Positions 54,704 to 64,000 of a stretch of DNA of 64,000 nucleotides are shown here, in pieces. The position numbers and the translations under genes were made by a program. The stretch comes from Trypanosoma brucei (lineage: Eukaryota): assembly GCA_000002445.1 (NCBI GenBank), contig CH464491.1, positions 3,168,001-3,232,000 of the forward strand, given 5' to 3'. Positions within the stretch are counted from its first letter, which is position 1. Each line of letters begins with the position of its first letter. The notes under the pieces were generated by a model. It was not told the DNA's origin. It saw nothing but the letters and a program-made list of their open reading frames with translations, and ran no database searches.

Positions 54704-57013
54704 ATGGGTATGGCAACACGTTCGCCTTCGCCACGGACAGTTCACTCCGGACAGCGGCAGGAGGAAGGGAATTGGGTGGCGTCTGTTCCCGGGGAGAGAA
54801 CTCAACTAGGGACATCGGATCACGTGAAGCTCCACCCAATTGATCGCTGCTCTCCCGATATCCCCATATCGCCGCCTCACACCTCAGCCGCTGATGTGAA
54901 TGATGTACCTTTAGCGGAGGTTGTTCACGGTGGGGGCTTCGGTGAAACTAATATTGCCGCCGATATTGGAGGTTGTGCTCGCTTAGTTGAGCCTGCAACT
55001 TTTTGTGTGGCCTGCGAAGACCGCCAAAGTACCACCCTTTTGTTAGCTCACAACCAGAACGCTTTGGACCACCAAAAGCAACAGCAACCCGTGGATGGTG
55101 AGGGACAGTGCCCACTCACCGCGCACGATGGGCCACCACGAGGCAGGTTGCGATTTGGTTTGCGTTCGTTGAGGGTTGTAACCGAAGAAAGTGGCACGAC
55201 GGCGAGGCGGTTCTTAAGACTTAGAAGACCACAAGTAGGTGCCGAGGAGCGGGCTGAACAGTCCATAGGTCCAGGAGACAGACATTTCGCTCCAGAAGAG
55301 GGAGAACATCCCCTTCAAGAAAAAACAAATTCACAATTCGACACCCAGCCCCTTCCCCCTATGCACACCAGCGTAACTACAGACGGATCATCCCGCACCA
55401 ACGAAAAGGTGGAGCATCCCGGTGGTACTGTGCAACACCAGCACACGACAAGGATGGCGGAGGCAGTAAATGCAAGCTTCAATGGCCCCACTCCGTCGCT
55501 TTCGGTGTGTAAATTGGGAAAGTCTTTGGGATCTGGTGTACTGCTCTCACCAACACCTACGACCCCAATATTGAAGAGAAATAATGGTGCGGCCAGCCGA
55601 AAGCGTCACAGCAAGGTGAATGTATTTCTGCCGCATAGTCCCGTTCCCATCGACTTCAGTTCGGTTACCACACATGTGGAGTCAAAGTACGAAGTTGGGA
55701 AAAAGATAAGTGAGGGCACGTACGGTGAAGTATACATTGGTCGTTGCCGAACTACGGGTGAGTATGTTGCGTTGAAGCGACTTAAAGTTTTAGAGGGGCT
55801 GGAGGGGTTTCCCATCACGTCTCTGCGAGAAGTGATCGCCCTTCAGCACATTAACAACGAGCGCCAAAACATTGCAGTACGTAACGGAAACGCAAGCGGC
55901 AGCAACCGTGCCAAAATGGACGCCATAGATGAAGTAGTTAGACTCCGTGACGTTTTACTGTCGAGCACCCACAACGATATATATCTTGTGTTCCCTTACG
56001 CGTCTTGCAGTTTGGCTGGGCTAATGCACCGCCGATTTCCATTCAGTGAGAAAGAGATTGCGTATATTTTCCGGAAAGTTATTACTGCTGTGAAAAAGTT
56101 ACATGAAATGGGTATCATCCACCGTGATGTCAAGGCTGACAATGTGCTCATTAATAGGGATGGCAGCGTCCAGCTTGGGGACTTCGGTTTGTGCGCCTTT
56201 GAGGGATGCGGCACGCGTGCCTTAACTCCCAGTCTTATTAACCTTAACTATCGCCCGCCTGAGATGTTACTCGGTGCCGTCGCATATAACGCAAAGGTTG
56301 ATATATGGTCTATTGGCTGCTTTCTAAGCCAAATGTTTCTGCGTGTGCCGCCATTTGCCTGCGTTCGGCCGAAAGCAGAATTCGACGGAGCGGGCGCTGG
56401 CAACGCAAAGGTGGACCCGCATCCCAAAGAGCCGCAGCAAAAACAGAAGTTAAAACAGCAGGGGTATAGGGTGCAAGCGGAAACAGAACTGGCGCAACTA
56501 TCTCTTATAACAGAGGTGTTGGGCCCGCTTGGCGGTGACCTTGATGAAGCTTTCCCACCGGCGCAGTGTCGAAACGTGTCGCTATTACGTGAGGTACGCG
56601 CATCTCTAACTAGCTGTAACTCACAATCAGCGTTAAGGGCGTCTATGGCTTCTCTTTTTGAACCAAGCCATCTTTACTCTCAGTACAGGGGCTTCCGCTC
56701 GTGGTTCATCGCCACTGCTGAGCGCCGCCGTCGTTCCCCAACTTATCCAGCGCCGTCGCCGGAGTGTCTCGACGTGCTCACTGCAATATTTCAGCTGGAT
56801 CCGCGGAAACGGCCGACGGCGGCCCAATTGCTGGAAATGCCTTTCTTTGACCTTAGCCGCGCGGTGTCGTCTCCCGCCCGACGGTCGTATGCTGCTTATA
56901 CTTACGCTGAAGTTGAGGTAGAGAAGGCGGAGCTGTTAATAAGAGAAGAAATGGCTGAGAAATTACAGAGGTACGAGGGCAGTCACCTTTTGCCTTATCC
57001 AAGCGCTGCGTAA
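54704..57013 (+). CDS. CRK12: Cyclin-dependent (cdc2-related) protein kinase of PITSLRE/CDK11-12 type, with about 330 aa N-terminal extension and kinase inserts. Consistent with the CRK12 class.
   Basis: GxGxxG ISEGTYGEVY, VAIK-like VALKRL, cyclin-binding helix GFPITSLREV, HRDVKADNVLI, DFGLC, WSIGC. Symbol assigned from the PITSLRE helix, architecture and synteny recollection; unconfirmed. Confidence 0.75.
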   Translation: MGMATRSPSPRTVHSGQRQEEGNWVASVPGERTQLGTSDHVKLHPIDRCSPDIPISPPHTSAADVNDVPLAEVVHGGGFGETNIAADIGGCARLVEPATFCVACEDRQSTTLLLAHNQNALDHQKQQQPVDGEGQCPLTAHDGPPRGRLRFGLRSLRVVTEESGTTARRFLRLRRPQVGAEERAEQSIGPGDRHFAPEEGEHPLQEKTNSQFDTQPLPPMHTSVTTDGSSRTNEKVEHPGGTVQHQHTTRMAEAVNASFNGPTPSLSVCKLGKSLGSGVLLSPTPTTPILKRNNGAASRKRHSKVNVFLPHSPVPIDFSSVTTHVESKYEVGKKISEGTYGEVYIGRCRTTGEYVALKRLKVLEGLEGFPITSLREVIALQHINNERQNIAVRNGNASGSNRAKMDAIDEVVRLRDVLLSSTHNDIYLVFPYASCSLAGLMHRRFPFSEKEIAYIFRKVITAVKKLHEMGIIHRDVKADNVLINRDGSVQLGDFGLCAFEGCGTRALTPSLINLNYRPPEMLLGAVAYNAKVDIWSIGCFLSQMFLRVPPFACVRPKAEFDGAGAGNAKVDPHPKEPQQKQKLKQQGYRVQAETELAQLSLITEVLGPLGGDLDEAFPPAQCRNVSLLREVRASLTSCNSQSALRASMASLFEPSHLYSQYRGFRSWFIATAERRRRSPTYPAPSPECLDVLTAIFQLDPRKRPTAAQLLEMPFFDLSRAVSSPARRSYAAYTYAEVEVEKAELLIREEMAEKLQRYEGSHLLPYPSAA

Positions 57014-58595
57014 AAATAGGTTGTGGGTGATGGAAGAGGTTGTGATGCAGGAAACATGAATAAAAGGAGGACTCAGGAATGTGTCAGTGAGGAAGATTTT
57101 AAGAGTTGTAGTGGAAGGGAGGGGGTCACTGCAGCTCAGTGAAATGGAGGTGAACCGTTGAGGAGTTGTGGGTCGTTATGGTGCTCCTCCTGGTGGGACC
57201 ACCAGACTCTAGAGTTGGCGAAAGCGGGATATTGCGATCGCCCAGGGAGGATTGACGGATCTACATGTTTTAAAAATGTGCATGGCTGGTCTATACCTAA
57301 GTGGGAGGTGACGAGGTGTGTGTATGTGTATGTGTGGTCATCACGCCGCAGAACTCAGTCATAACCGCAATACGTAAAGTGGGATAAAATGGGGTAAATC
57401 ACCGCAAATGTGATTGTTTCTTCTGTACTCTTTCCCCTCATATCCTATGTCGATACTTCCCCCCCCCCCCAAGTAGTCTGTACTTCCGTTGAATATGATG
57501 TACCGATGGATACAAGCTCACACATCCCCCTCATCACTCAACCCCTTTTTTTCTCTCCACGTTTTTTTTCATCTTCCTTTGGCCGCCGTCTCCGGGCGGT
57601 CCTGCCCCTTGAGGACGGCGTATTTTGTTCTCTTATTGTGCTGCACTGAGCCATTCTGTGTTCTGGGATTGGTGCCGAAATGAAGGAAAGAGTAAAAGAA
57701 AATATCCATCTTTTCTCCACAGTAACAGTCAAATGTGTTCCCCTCATCATCTCCTTCCCGATCTCTTGTCGTCATCTTCCTTGAATTTCGTCATTTATGA
57801 TCCCTCCACATGCACTCTCCCTTTCTTTTCTATGTGTGAGTGTGTACGAGGAGGGGAAAGAGGGGGAAAGAAAAGGAAAGAAGACGCCTGAGCCTTATCT
57901 TGTATGCTATGTGCCTCAGTATTTGCACTTTGGCGCGGAAACTTGGAAGCGCGCGAAATTCTCTTCATGTGCAGCTGGATTAATTTTTGTTTTCTCCAGC
58001 GCTCCGAGTTTTCTCCTTTTACTCTATTTTTTTTTATTGTTCGCCTGCATTCCCCCCCTTCCATTACGTGTTTTCCAGGCTCTTGCCTCATACCTTTCTT
58101 TTTCCGTTTGCTAAACTTCTTGAGTCTAAACGTCGCCACCCAGCATTGTACTGTTTATACCGTTTCCTCCTTTTTGCTTCTCCCTTTTTTTAAAATCTTC
58201 TTTCAGAACGTGTGTGTACATCCAAAGAGATTCGGTAGAGGATAAAAGCCAAAAAGGGTGGCGGCAAATAAAGTGTCGTGAACGTTGCCTTCCTTTATTC
58301 TCCACTTGGAATCTGATCGTTGTTCGGATTTATACGCACACGGACGGAGGCACAAACAGGGTTGCTTTCCGGATAATTTGAAGGAACTTTCAGGGTGTGG
58401 TGGAAGAGGCTGCAGTTGCGGAAAGGAAAGGAAAAAAAGAAGAGGTGGGGAAGGAAGAAATAGTAAAGCATATCAAGGGGAATTAAATAAGTTCATAAAT
58501 AATTCGGCGAGTAGACCAAAGGCTAAACTTGTCTAACAAGGGAACGGAGGTGTCGCACGTGCCAGTTGCATTGTTGGGGACTAGGAATAGGGCAC

Positions 58596-58630
58596 ACCTC
58601 TTTGCTCTTTTCCCCCTCCCCCTTTTGTCT
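58596..58630 (+). promoter_or_regulatory. Polypyrimidine tract immediately upstream of ATG 58634. The ORF-track extension from 58529 translates it.
   Basis: cacctctttgctcttttccccctcccccttttgtct. Confidence 0.4.
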
Positions 58631-58633
58631 AAA

Positions 58634-61213
58634 ATGATGCGGTTCACTAGGGATGGAGCCGTGGGCAACATGCAATCAGACAAAAGTCGGAGGGTTCTCT
58701 CGTGCATTCTTTTTCTCTGCTTTCTCGGCTTGGGTGCTCTCATTGCATTTGCGACGATACCGTTTTCCGTACTTGACGGTCGAAGTGACAAGAAGCAGAG
58801 CGATTTGGTGCGCATAGCTGTGGATGAAACCAATTGGTGGTCTGAAAATATGCGCCTTCGAGTCATCGAGTCTGCGGCTGCAGCGCGAGCTATTGAGGGA
58901 TTTGTTATTGGTGAAATTGATAATATGCCCCCTTGGAAGGGTGGGTTAGAGCAGCGTGCACTTGGATGGTCGTTTGAGCGGTTTCCTTACGTGGCAGCGG
59001 CGATGTTTCGTAATGTACGGAACAACACAGGCACGGTTGTCATGCTTGCCCCTGGTGGTGTCGTCTCTCAAACGTTTCCAAACACCGAGTCCGTTTTAGA
59101 GTATGATTTTTTCGAATCTGGAAATGGAATCGGGGTCGCAGCTGCGGAGAGGATGGCGGAAAGAGGAGGTTTTGAATTGTTCGGTCCCGTCCTCCGTCGT
59201 GTTCCCGTCCCTAACGCAAGTTGGCAGTTATTGATTTGCAGCGCTATACACAACGCAACGAGCGGTGACCCAGTATCCGTCGCCAACTTTTGGGGATTTA
59301 CCGTTGTTGTGAAGGATTTGATGGGGTTGCTGGATGTCGGGGCGTTTGAAGAACGAATGAAGGAGCTTGAGATGAATTACCTTGTCTATATAACTGATGA
59401 CGCAAACAACACCATCCCTGTCACCACCTCACTGCGTAATAACTTAACAACTGCCGAGATTGAGAAATTTACCGGAGGTTGCTACAATCGACCAGTGCTA
59501 CCGCAGGTCGGGCATTTGTTTATGTGTGTGCGCAGTGCCGCGATGATTGAAAAGCACTCGAGGTCGACGGTGGTACTACTTGTGGTGGGTTGTGTGTTCA
59601 TCTCCCTCATTGCATTTGTGTGTGGTGTAATGGTGGTGCTGCCGTGCTTGCGCGAGTTCGACAGTCGTATGAATGCCCCTAAAACTGTGCCGTTTGTGAT
59701 GACTATTGTTGGCCCTTGCAATGCTGAGCGTTTGTTTGAGTTAGCCCCATCGGCTGCGTTTCCTGTATTGGAGAAGTATGCAAAGTTGCAGAAAGCAGTT
59801 ATCACAAACAATCACGGTTATGTTGGCTTGCAAGTACACCCTTACACCGCAACATTCGTCACTCGCGATGTGGACACAGCCATAGAAACTTGTTTTCAAC
59901 TGCTAAAAGGGGTACAGAAGAAGCATTTGGATGAACCACTCAAGAAATGGTTGGGTGCCGACGGCGAACTGTCCATCGCCGCCGCTATACATTGGTGTGC
60001 AGATGCGTATATACGCGTAGAGACAGTGAACGGCAGCATTCGATACGAGGGAAATGATGTTAAGTATTGCGAGCGCATGTGGATGTTTGTCCCACCGAAT
60101 AAGGTGACGATAAGTCAGCATGCCAAGGACAATATCCGCAGTCCTTCGACAGAGGTGTGCACCACTCAAATTGGCTCTGTTTTCTTTCGTGGTGTGAAGG
60201 AGAAACAAGCACTCTTTAATGTGACGCGTGTCAATGGGGATGAGTTGCAAACCTTCAAGGACTCAACAGTGCCTCCGTCGAGGATATTTGGCAGCGCAGA
60301 GATTGAGCAAGCAGAATATGAGGAAACACCAAATGCAGGGTTCATACCCGTTAGCATTCAAACGAATACACGAGGTACCGGTGGCTGTGAGATGCCACCC
60401 AGTTCTCCTAACCTTCATAAGAAAAAATTTAAGGATCGAGCATCACATTACTGCTGCTCCCGTGATCAGGGGGAGCATGGGACCCATCGAAATCCCCTCG
60501 CTTTCCCTGGTGGTGGTGATGAGGTTCTGCCGCGTACTGTGGCGTTCGCATCCGACCCCGACAATGGCAGGGTTGGCGCCGAAGACGTTGAAATTGGATT
60601 GAAGTTCATCTACCCTCGGGATCACCACGTAAATCCGCACATACCGACTGGGAGTCGTTTCCGTCTGGCAAATGATGACGTCACTCATGGTTATGCTGCG
60701 GCCAGTAGTGACAAAAACGTGTCAAAGGCAACGAGCTCTGGGAATAGCCCAGTTACTGATTTTCACACGATGGATGAGTTGGCGTGTGTCAGCGTGACCA
60801 GTAAGGGGGACTTCATTACTGAAGCGCTCATGCGTCCGTGGATACCGAATGCACTGAACACGCACTTTCGTGTGTTGTTTGAGCAATATTCCCTTTTCCT
60901 CGATTTTAGTTATGAGTCGGTTCGTACCGTTATTTTTTATTTCTACATAGCATATAAAGAACTTTTAAAGCCCCTTGCGGGGCCGGAGCGAACGAATTTG
61001 TTTAATCGCTTTGTTATCGCATTTGGCGTGCCACCGCAGAGCGTCTTGGAGGCTCTTGCCGTTCGTTGTGCGTTGCGCCACATTCAGCAGCTGGAAGGCA
61101 TACGTACAATGTTATGGCACTCGGAGCAAGAGCGCCTACAGCCGTCTCAATGCGCAAATGCAGAGGACACAAAACGAGAGGGGGTTTCACATGTAGTGGA
61201 GGGGCGAATATAA
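58634..61213 (+). CDS. Receptor-topology membrane protein (signal-anchor/TM, about 300 aa ectodomain, second TM) with cytoplasmic degenerate class-III nucleotidyl cyclase homology domain (candidate pseudo-cyclase) plus long C-terminal tail
   Basis: TM1 VLSCILFLCFLGLGALIAFATIPFSVL. TM2 VVLLVVGCVFISLIAFVCGVMVVLPCL. Cytoplasmic block VPFVMTIVGPCNAERLFE...FPVLEKYAKLQKAVITNNHGYVGLQVHPYTATFVTRD...AIETCFQLLKGV...LSIAAAIHWCADAYIRVETVNGSIRYEGNDVKYCERMWMFVPPNKVTISQHA is co-linear with the trypanosome adenylate cyclase catalytic core (VTLIFTDIESST...VKTVGDSFMIAS...LRVRVGIHTG...YYG...N.AAR...G.V..S). The two metal-binding Asp positions are replaced (G-P-C and H-P-Y), so the domain is degenerate. The alignment was done by eye and is uncertain. 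Confidence 0.5.
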   Translation: MMRFTRDGAVGNMQSDKSRRVLSCILFLCFLGLGALIAFATIPFSVLDGRSDKKQSDLVRIAVDETNWWSENMRLRVIESAAAARAIEGFVIGEIDNMPPWKGGLEQRALGWSFERFPYVAAAMFRNVRNNTGTVVMLAPGGVVSQTFPNTESVLEYDFFESGNGIGVAAAERMAERGGFELFGPVLRRVPVPNASWQLLICSAIHNATSGDPVSVANFWGFTVVVKDLMGLLDVGAFEERMKELEMNYLVYITDDANNTIPVTTSLRNNLTTAEIEKFTGGCYNRPVLPQVGHLFMCVRSAAMIEKHSRSTVVLLVVGCVFISLIAFVCGVMVVLPCLREFDSRMNAPKTVPFVMTIVGPCNAERLFELAPSAAFPVLEKYAKLQKAVITNNHGYVGLQVHPYTATFVTRDVDTAIETCFQLLKGVQKKHLDEPLKKWLGADGELSIAAAIHWCADAYIRVETVNGSIRYEGNDVKYCERMWMFVPPNKVTISQHAKDNIRSPSTEVCTTQIGSVFFRGVKEKQALFNVTRVNGDELQTFKDSTVPPSRIFGSAEIEQAEYEETPNAGFIPVSIQTNTRGTGGCEMPPSSPNLHKKKFKDRASHYCCSRDQGEHGTHRNPLAFPGGGDEVLPRTVAFASDPDNGRVGAEDVEIGLKFIYPRDHHVNPHIPTGSRFRLANDDVTHGYAAASSDKNVSKATSSGNSPVTDFHTMDELACVSVTSKGDFITEALMRPWIPNALNTHFRVLFEQYSLFLDFSYESVRTVIFYFYIAYKELLKPLAGPERTNLFNRFVIAFGVPPQSVLEALAVRCALRHIQQLEGIRTMLWHSEQERLQPSQCANAEDTKREGVSHVVEGRI

Positions 61214-61715
61214 GGTGGCAGATGCGCACGCAATGAGCGTCTTTGTCTCTCTTGGGTTTGTCTTTGTTTGAAACATTGTAATCTTCTTATCTGTTGTTCC
61301 CCGGGCCCTTCTGAGAGGGGTGTTTATGTGAATCGGTATGATTTCTTTTAGTCTGCGGTTACTTCACCGCGTCCACCATTATATATTTTGTTATTATTTT
61401 TTTTTAAACGCAGGTCGCGTACAGCTCCTTCTATTTCCTTCACTCTTCACCAATAAGTCGTTGTGCCATATTTTCTGTGATTGAAAACTTTCAGAAAAAC
61501 ACTTCGGAAGTGAAAGTTCCGCAGTATAGTATTGTTGAAGTGGGATCTGCCGTCCCCTTCCCCCCTTTTTTCGTTTCCTTCTTCTGCCGGTTTCTTTTGA
61601 TCGTCCCATCACTTTCCCTTCGTCTTCTCTGGTTTTATTTTTATATTTTTATGAGGAGGAGGGGTGGAAATTTCGTTACCTCCCATCCTTTAAGGTGCAA
61701 GGGAGGGAAGGCCGA

Positions 61716-62162
61716 ATGGTGCGTTGTCAGTCGTCTCACCCGAAGGCGATCCTCGTTCAGTTGCATGTTGTTGCACCATCACTGCAGTATGATTACCAAA
61801 AGGGGCCGCCACCACCAGAGGAGGCGTGTGAATTAGATGTGGAGTTGTTGTGCAATGATATTAGTAACAAAATGCGGTTACTTGGCGGAATGGCCATTGG
61901 ACTGCCCAAAGAAGGTTTGGTGGTTGAAGGTTCGCATCGTGAAGAAAGTGGCAACGGTGGGTTGTACAACATTGTGGTGAGGCTTCAACACGCCTCAAAC
62001 CTGTCCGTAAGTGCGTTACGAGCGGCATGTGCTGCGGTAATGGAAGGTGCGGTGACTATTGCGGGGGACGATCGAGGAAAGCAAAGGCTTGCGCACAAGC
62101 AGCCCGCGCTAAAGGTGGTCCCCGTGGCTGTGCGTGTCGTCAAATTGGACAAGTTGCAATAA
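61716..62162 (+). CDS. Hypothetical small protein (about 148 aa)
   Basis: Intact + strand ORF with balanced composition (not low complexity) between two confirmed genes. No family recognised. Confidence 0.3.
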   Translation: MVRCQSSHPKAILVQLHVVAPSLQYDYQKGPPPPEEACELDVELLCNDISNKMRLLGGMAIGLPKEGLVVEGSHREESGNGGLYNIVVRLQHASNLSVSALRAACAAVMEGAVTIAGDDRGKQRLAHKQPALKVVPVAVRVVKLDKLQ

Positions 62163-62400
62163 TGAAGAAGAGGAGCTTTCTACTAGGCTCCTTTTTCACA
62201 ACGAAACTGCTGCTCAACGGTGGTGGATGATGGGTGCATTACAATACTATCCAAAGCTTTTTGTTCACTGTGGTATGCTACTCCGTCCCTTTTTCTTCTT
62301 TGCCGTATTCTTCCTACTAGGACCTGAGACCTTTCTTGATTCAGCATATAGTACTAGTAATAGTTTTGTTTTGTTTTTTTTAGGGAGGTAGTAAGTCATT

Positions 62401-63288
62401 TTGTGCTCTTTACGAGAGGAGTGTGAAGTGTCGTGGACTGTTGTTGTGGAGATGCTACGAAATTACGACACACCCAGTCAGTTGCCCCTCTCGTGCTCAC
62501 CACAATCATTGGCCACTCCCATATCTATTGGTGTGTCCTCCTCTTTTAGCAGCGTTCAAGCACTTGTGAGTGTGGAAGGAGGAGGTTCTGATGAAGGGAC
62601 GTACAGACCCCAGCAGCAGGCATCACAAGTAATTCAACCCCCTTCCCCGCGGTCTCCCATTGTAACTGTGCTGAATTGGCCAAGAGATGGATCTTTGGGA
62701 GCTAGTGGTGCACAAGTTGGCGATGGACTTGCTGCGCCGGTAAATCTCCCCACACCCTCGTTACTGTTGGATCATATGAGGAGTTCTGGGTACCCAGTTA
62801 TTGCTGTTGTCAGTCCTTCGGCATCTCGTCGCGACTGTACACGGGATGGTGGAAACATTGACAGCCGTAGTATAGCCTTTTCTTTTGATCAGTTTCTTCT
62901 AGAAGGTCAACTACCATCCCCCACCCCCTCCCAATTCAGCACACGCTCAACACCTATTCGCGGTGTTGCGGCGAAAGAAGTGGGATGTTTGCTTCTGGAA
63001 GCAGGTCATCCCACAGATTGTGTCATTTGTATGTGCACGTACGGCGATGATCCAACTCCTAGTGAGAACCCTCATCAAAAGGTTGAAGCTACGGATGTTA
63101 GTGGGGAAAATGTTAACAACACAACCACACAGTCGTCACCGACGGCGAAAGAGACCAACAAAGAAGTTGTGCCACCCATCAGTAGTGTGAAGTTAAGCTG
63201 TAGTCATGAGTTCCACCGCGACTGCCTGCAACGGTGGCTTTTAAACAACAATTTGTGTCCAATTTGCAGGCGAGAAGTTGACTCCTAA
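62401..63288 (+). CDS. RING-H2 finger protein (C3H2C3) with S/P-rich N-terminal region. An alternative start is at 62452.
   Basis: C-terminal CVICMCTYGDDP...SCSHEFHRDCLQRWLLNNNLCPICRREV is the classic RING-H2 arrangement. Confidence 0.65.
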   Translation: MCSLREECEVSWTVVVEMLRNYDTPSQLPLSCSPQSLATPISIGVSSSFSSVQALVSVEGGGSDEGTYRPQQQASQVIQPPSPRSPIVTVLNWPRDGSLGASGAQVGDGLAAPVNLPTPSLLLDHMRSSGYPVIAVVSPSASRRDCTRDGGNIDSRSIAFSFDQFLLEGQLPSPTPSQFSTRSTPIRGVAAKEVGCLLLEAGHPTDCVICMCTYGDDPTPSENPHQKVEATDVSGENVNNTTTQSSPTAKETNKEVVPPISSVKLSCSHEFHRDCLQRWLLNNNLCPICRREVDS

Positions 63289-63526
63289 TGGAAGGAAAGT
63301 GGGAGGTGCGTTGTGGGATGCAAGAAAACCATATCAGGGACTTTCTCCCCCTCCCCTCTTTTTTTCTTACTTGTTTGCTTTTCTCTCATACACTGATGTT
63401 TCCGATTGGCTCTATCTTGATATTTTTGATGCGCCAACATGGACGATACAATGCTGGTCTCCCCACCTACTTTTGCTCTCCAGATGTACCTTTCTGTGTT
63501 TACGCTACAAGGGTGTGGAATAAGGG

Positions 63527-63527
63527 G

Positions 63528-63597
<70 letters not shown>
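63527..63597. repeat. (TA)n microsatellite, about 35 units with one interruption
   Basis: Direct read: tatatacatatatatata... through 63597. Confidence 0.9.
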
Positions 63598-63600
<3 letters not shown>

Positions 63601-64000
63601 TAATCTTCCCCCTTCACTCACTCTTTCCTTCTTTGTTTTGTCACCACGGTATATTGCATCGGTGTCCTACAAAACGCCCCCGTTCACTCATTTTTTGTCG
63701 TACCTGATCGCACGTGCGCATGCTTCAGGTGACATATGACCGGTGGCAGAAGGTTTCGTGTGGAATGTATTCTTCTGTAGTGCTCCACAGAGCACTTTTC
63801 CCCCCTTCTCTCTCCAATTTCTTTGGTAAGATGCACTTTCCTTCCCACCTCTTTTAATTTTCTCGGCCCTTGCTAATTACCTACAGGCTACGTCTATTAT
63901 TACTCTTCTGCGGGTCTGTGCAATAAAAAAAAAGAGAGGGAGGGAAGTGGTCGTGGTCGTCGAGGCGTTGTTTCATTAGAAAGTGACAAAGCTAAGGGAC

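Noticed and set aside
1-64000. Prokaryotic defence island, operon, CRISPR or novel bacterial system
   Set aside because: All genes are on one strand, separated by long AT-rich spacers containing polypyrimidine-AG signals. There are no Shine-Dalgarno sites, no tight operonic spacing, and no direct-repeat/spacer arrays. The gene content (kinesin, MCM4, CDK, USP, Vtc4, dynein LIC) is eukaryotic and the organisation is kinetoplastid polycistronic.

Overview
This window is not prokaryotic. It reads as a single same-strand polycistronic transcription unit from a kinetoplastid (Trypanosoma-like) nuclear genome. All 20+ credible protein-coding genes are on the + strand, none has introns, and they are separated by AT-rich spacers (typically 1.5-2.5 kb) full of polypyrimidine tracts followed by AG (trans-splice acceptor context) and (TA)n/(GT)n/homopolymer microsatellites. 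There are no Shine-Dalgarno sites, operons, CRISPR arrays, tRNAs or rRNAs. Recognisable genes, in order: a 5'-truncated DEAH-box helicase with CCHC knuckles, a single-RRM RNA-binding protein, an EF-hand/coiled-coil protein, a C-x-F-x-P repeat protein, a kinesin, a CHFR-like FHA-RING-PBZ E3 ligase, polyphosphate polymerase Vtc4 (SPX-VTC-TM), mitochondrial HslU, a USP deubiquitinase, MCM4, a dynein light-intermediate-chain-like P-loop protein, an MFS transporter, three hypotheticals, a PITSLRE-type CDK (CRK12-like), a receptor-topology protein with a degenerate class-III cyclase homology domain, and a RING-H2 protein. The Vtc4-HslU...CRK12 order matches my recollection of Trypanosoma brucei chromosome 11; this needs BLAST confirmation. 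Most unusual features: (1) a ~9.7 kb ORF-free, low-complexity, microsatellite-laden desert between the RRM gene and the next gene, far longer than normal spacers in such units. (2) A two-TM receptor-like protein whose cytoplasmic domain parallels a nucleotidyl cyclase but lacks the metal-binding aspartates (candidate pseudo-cyclase). (3) A CHFR-like ligase retaining a PAR-binding zinc finger. (4) A protein with five spaced E-C-[TS]-F-x-P-x-V repeats. I found no evidence of a prokaryote-style defence island or novel operonic system, so the candidates above are eukaryotic gene-level oddities.
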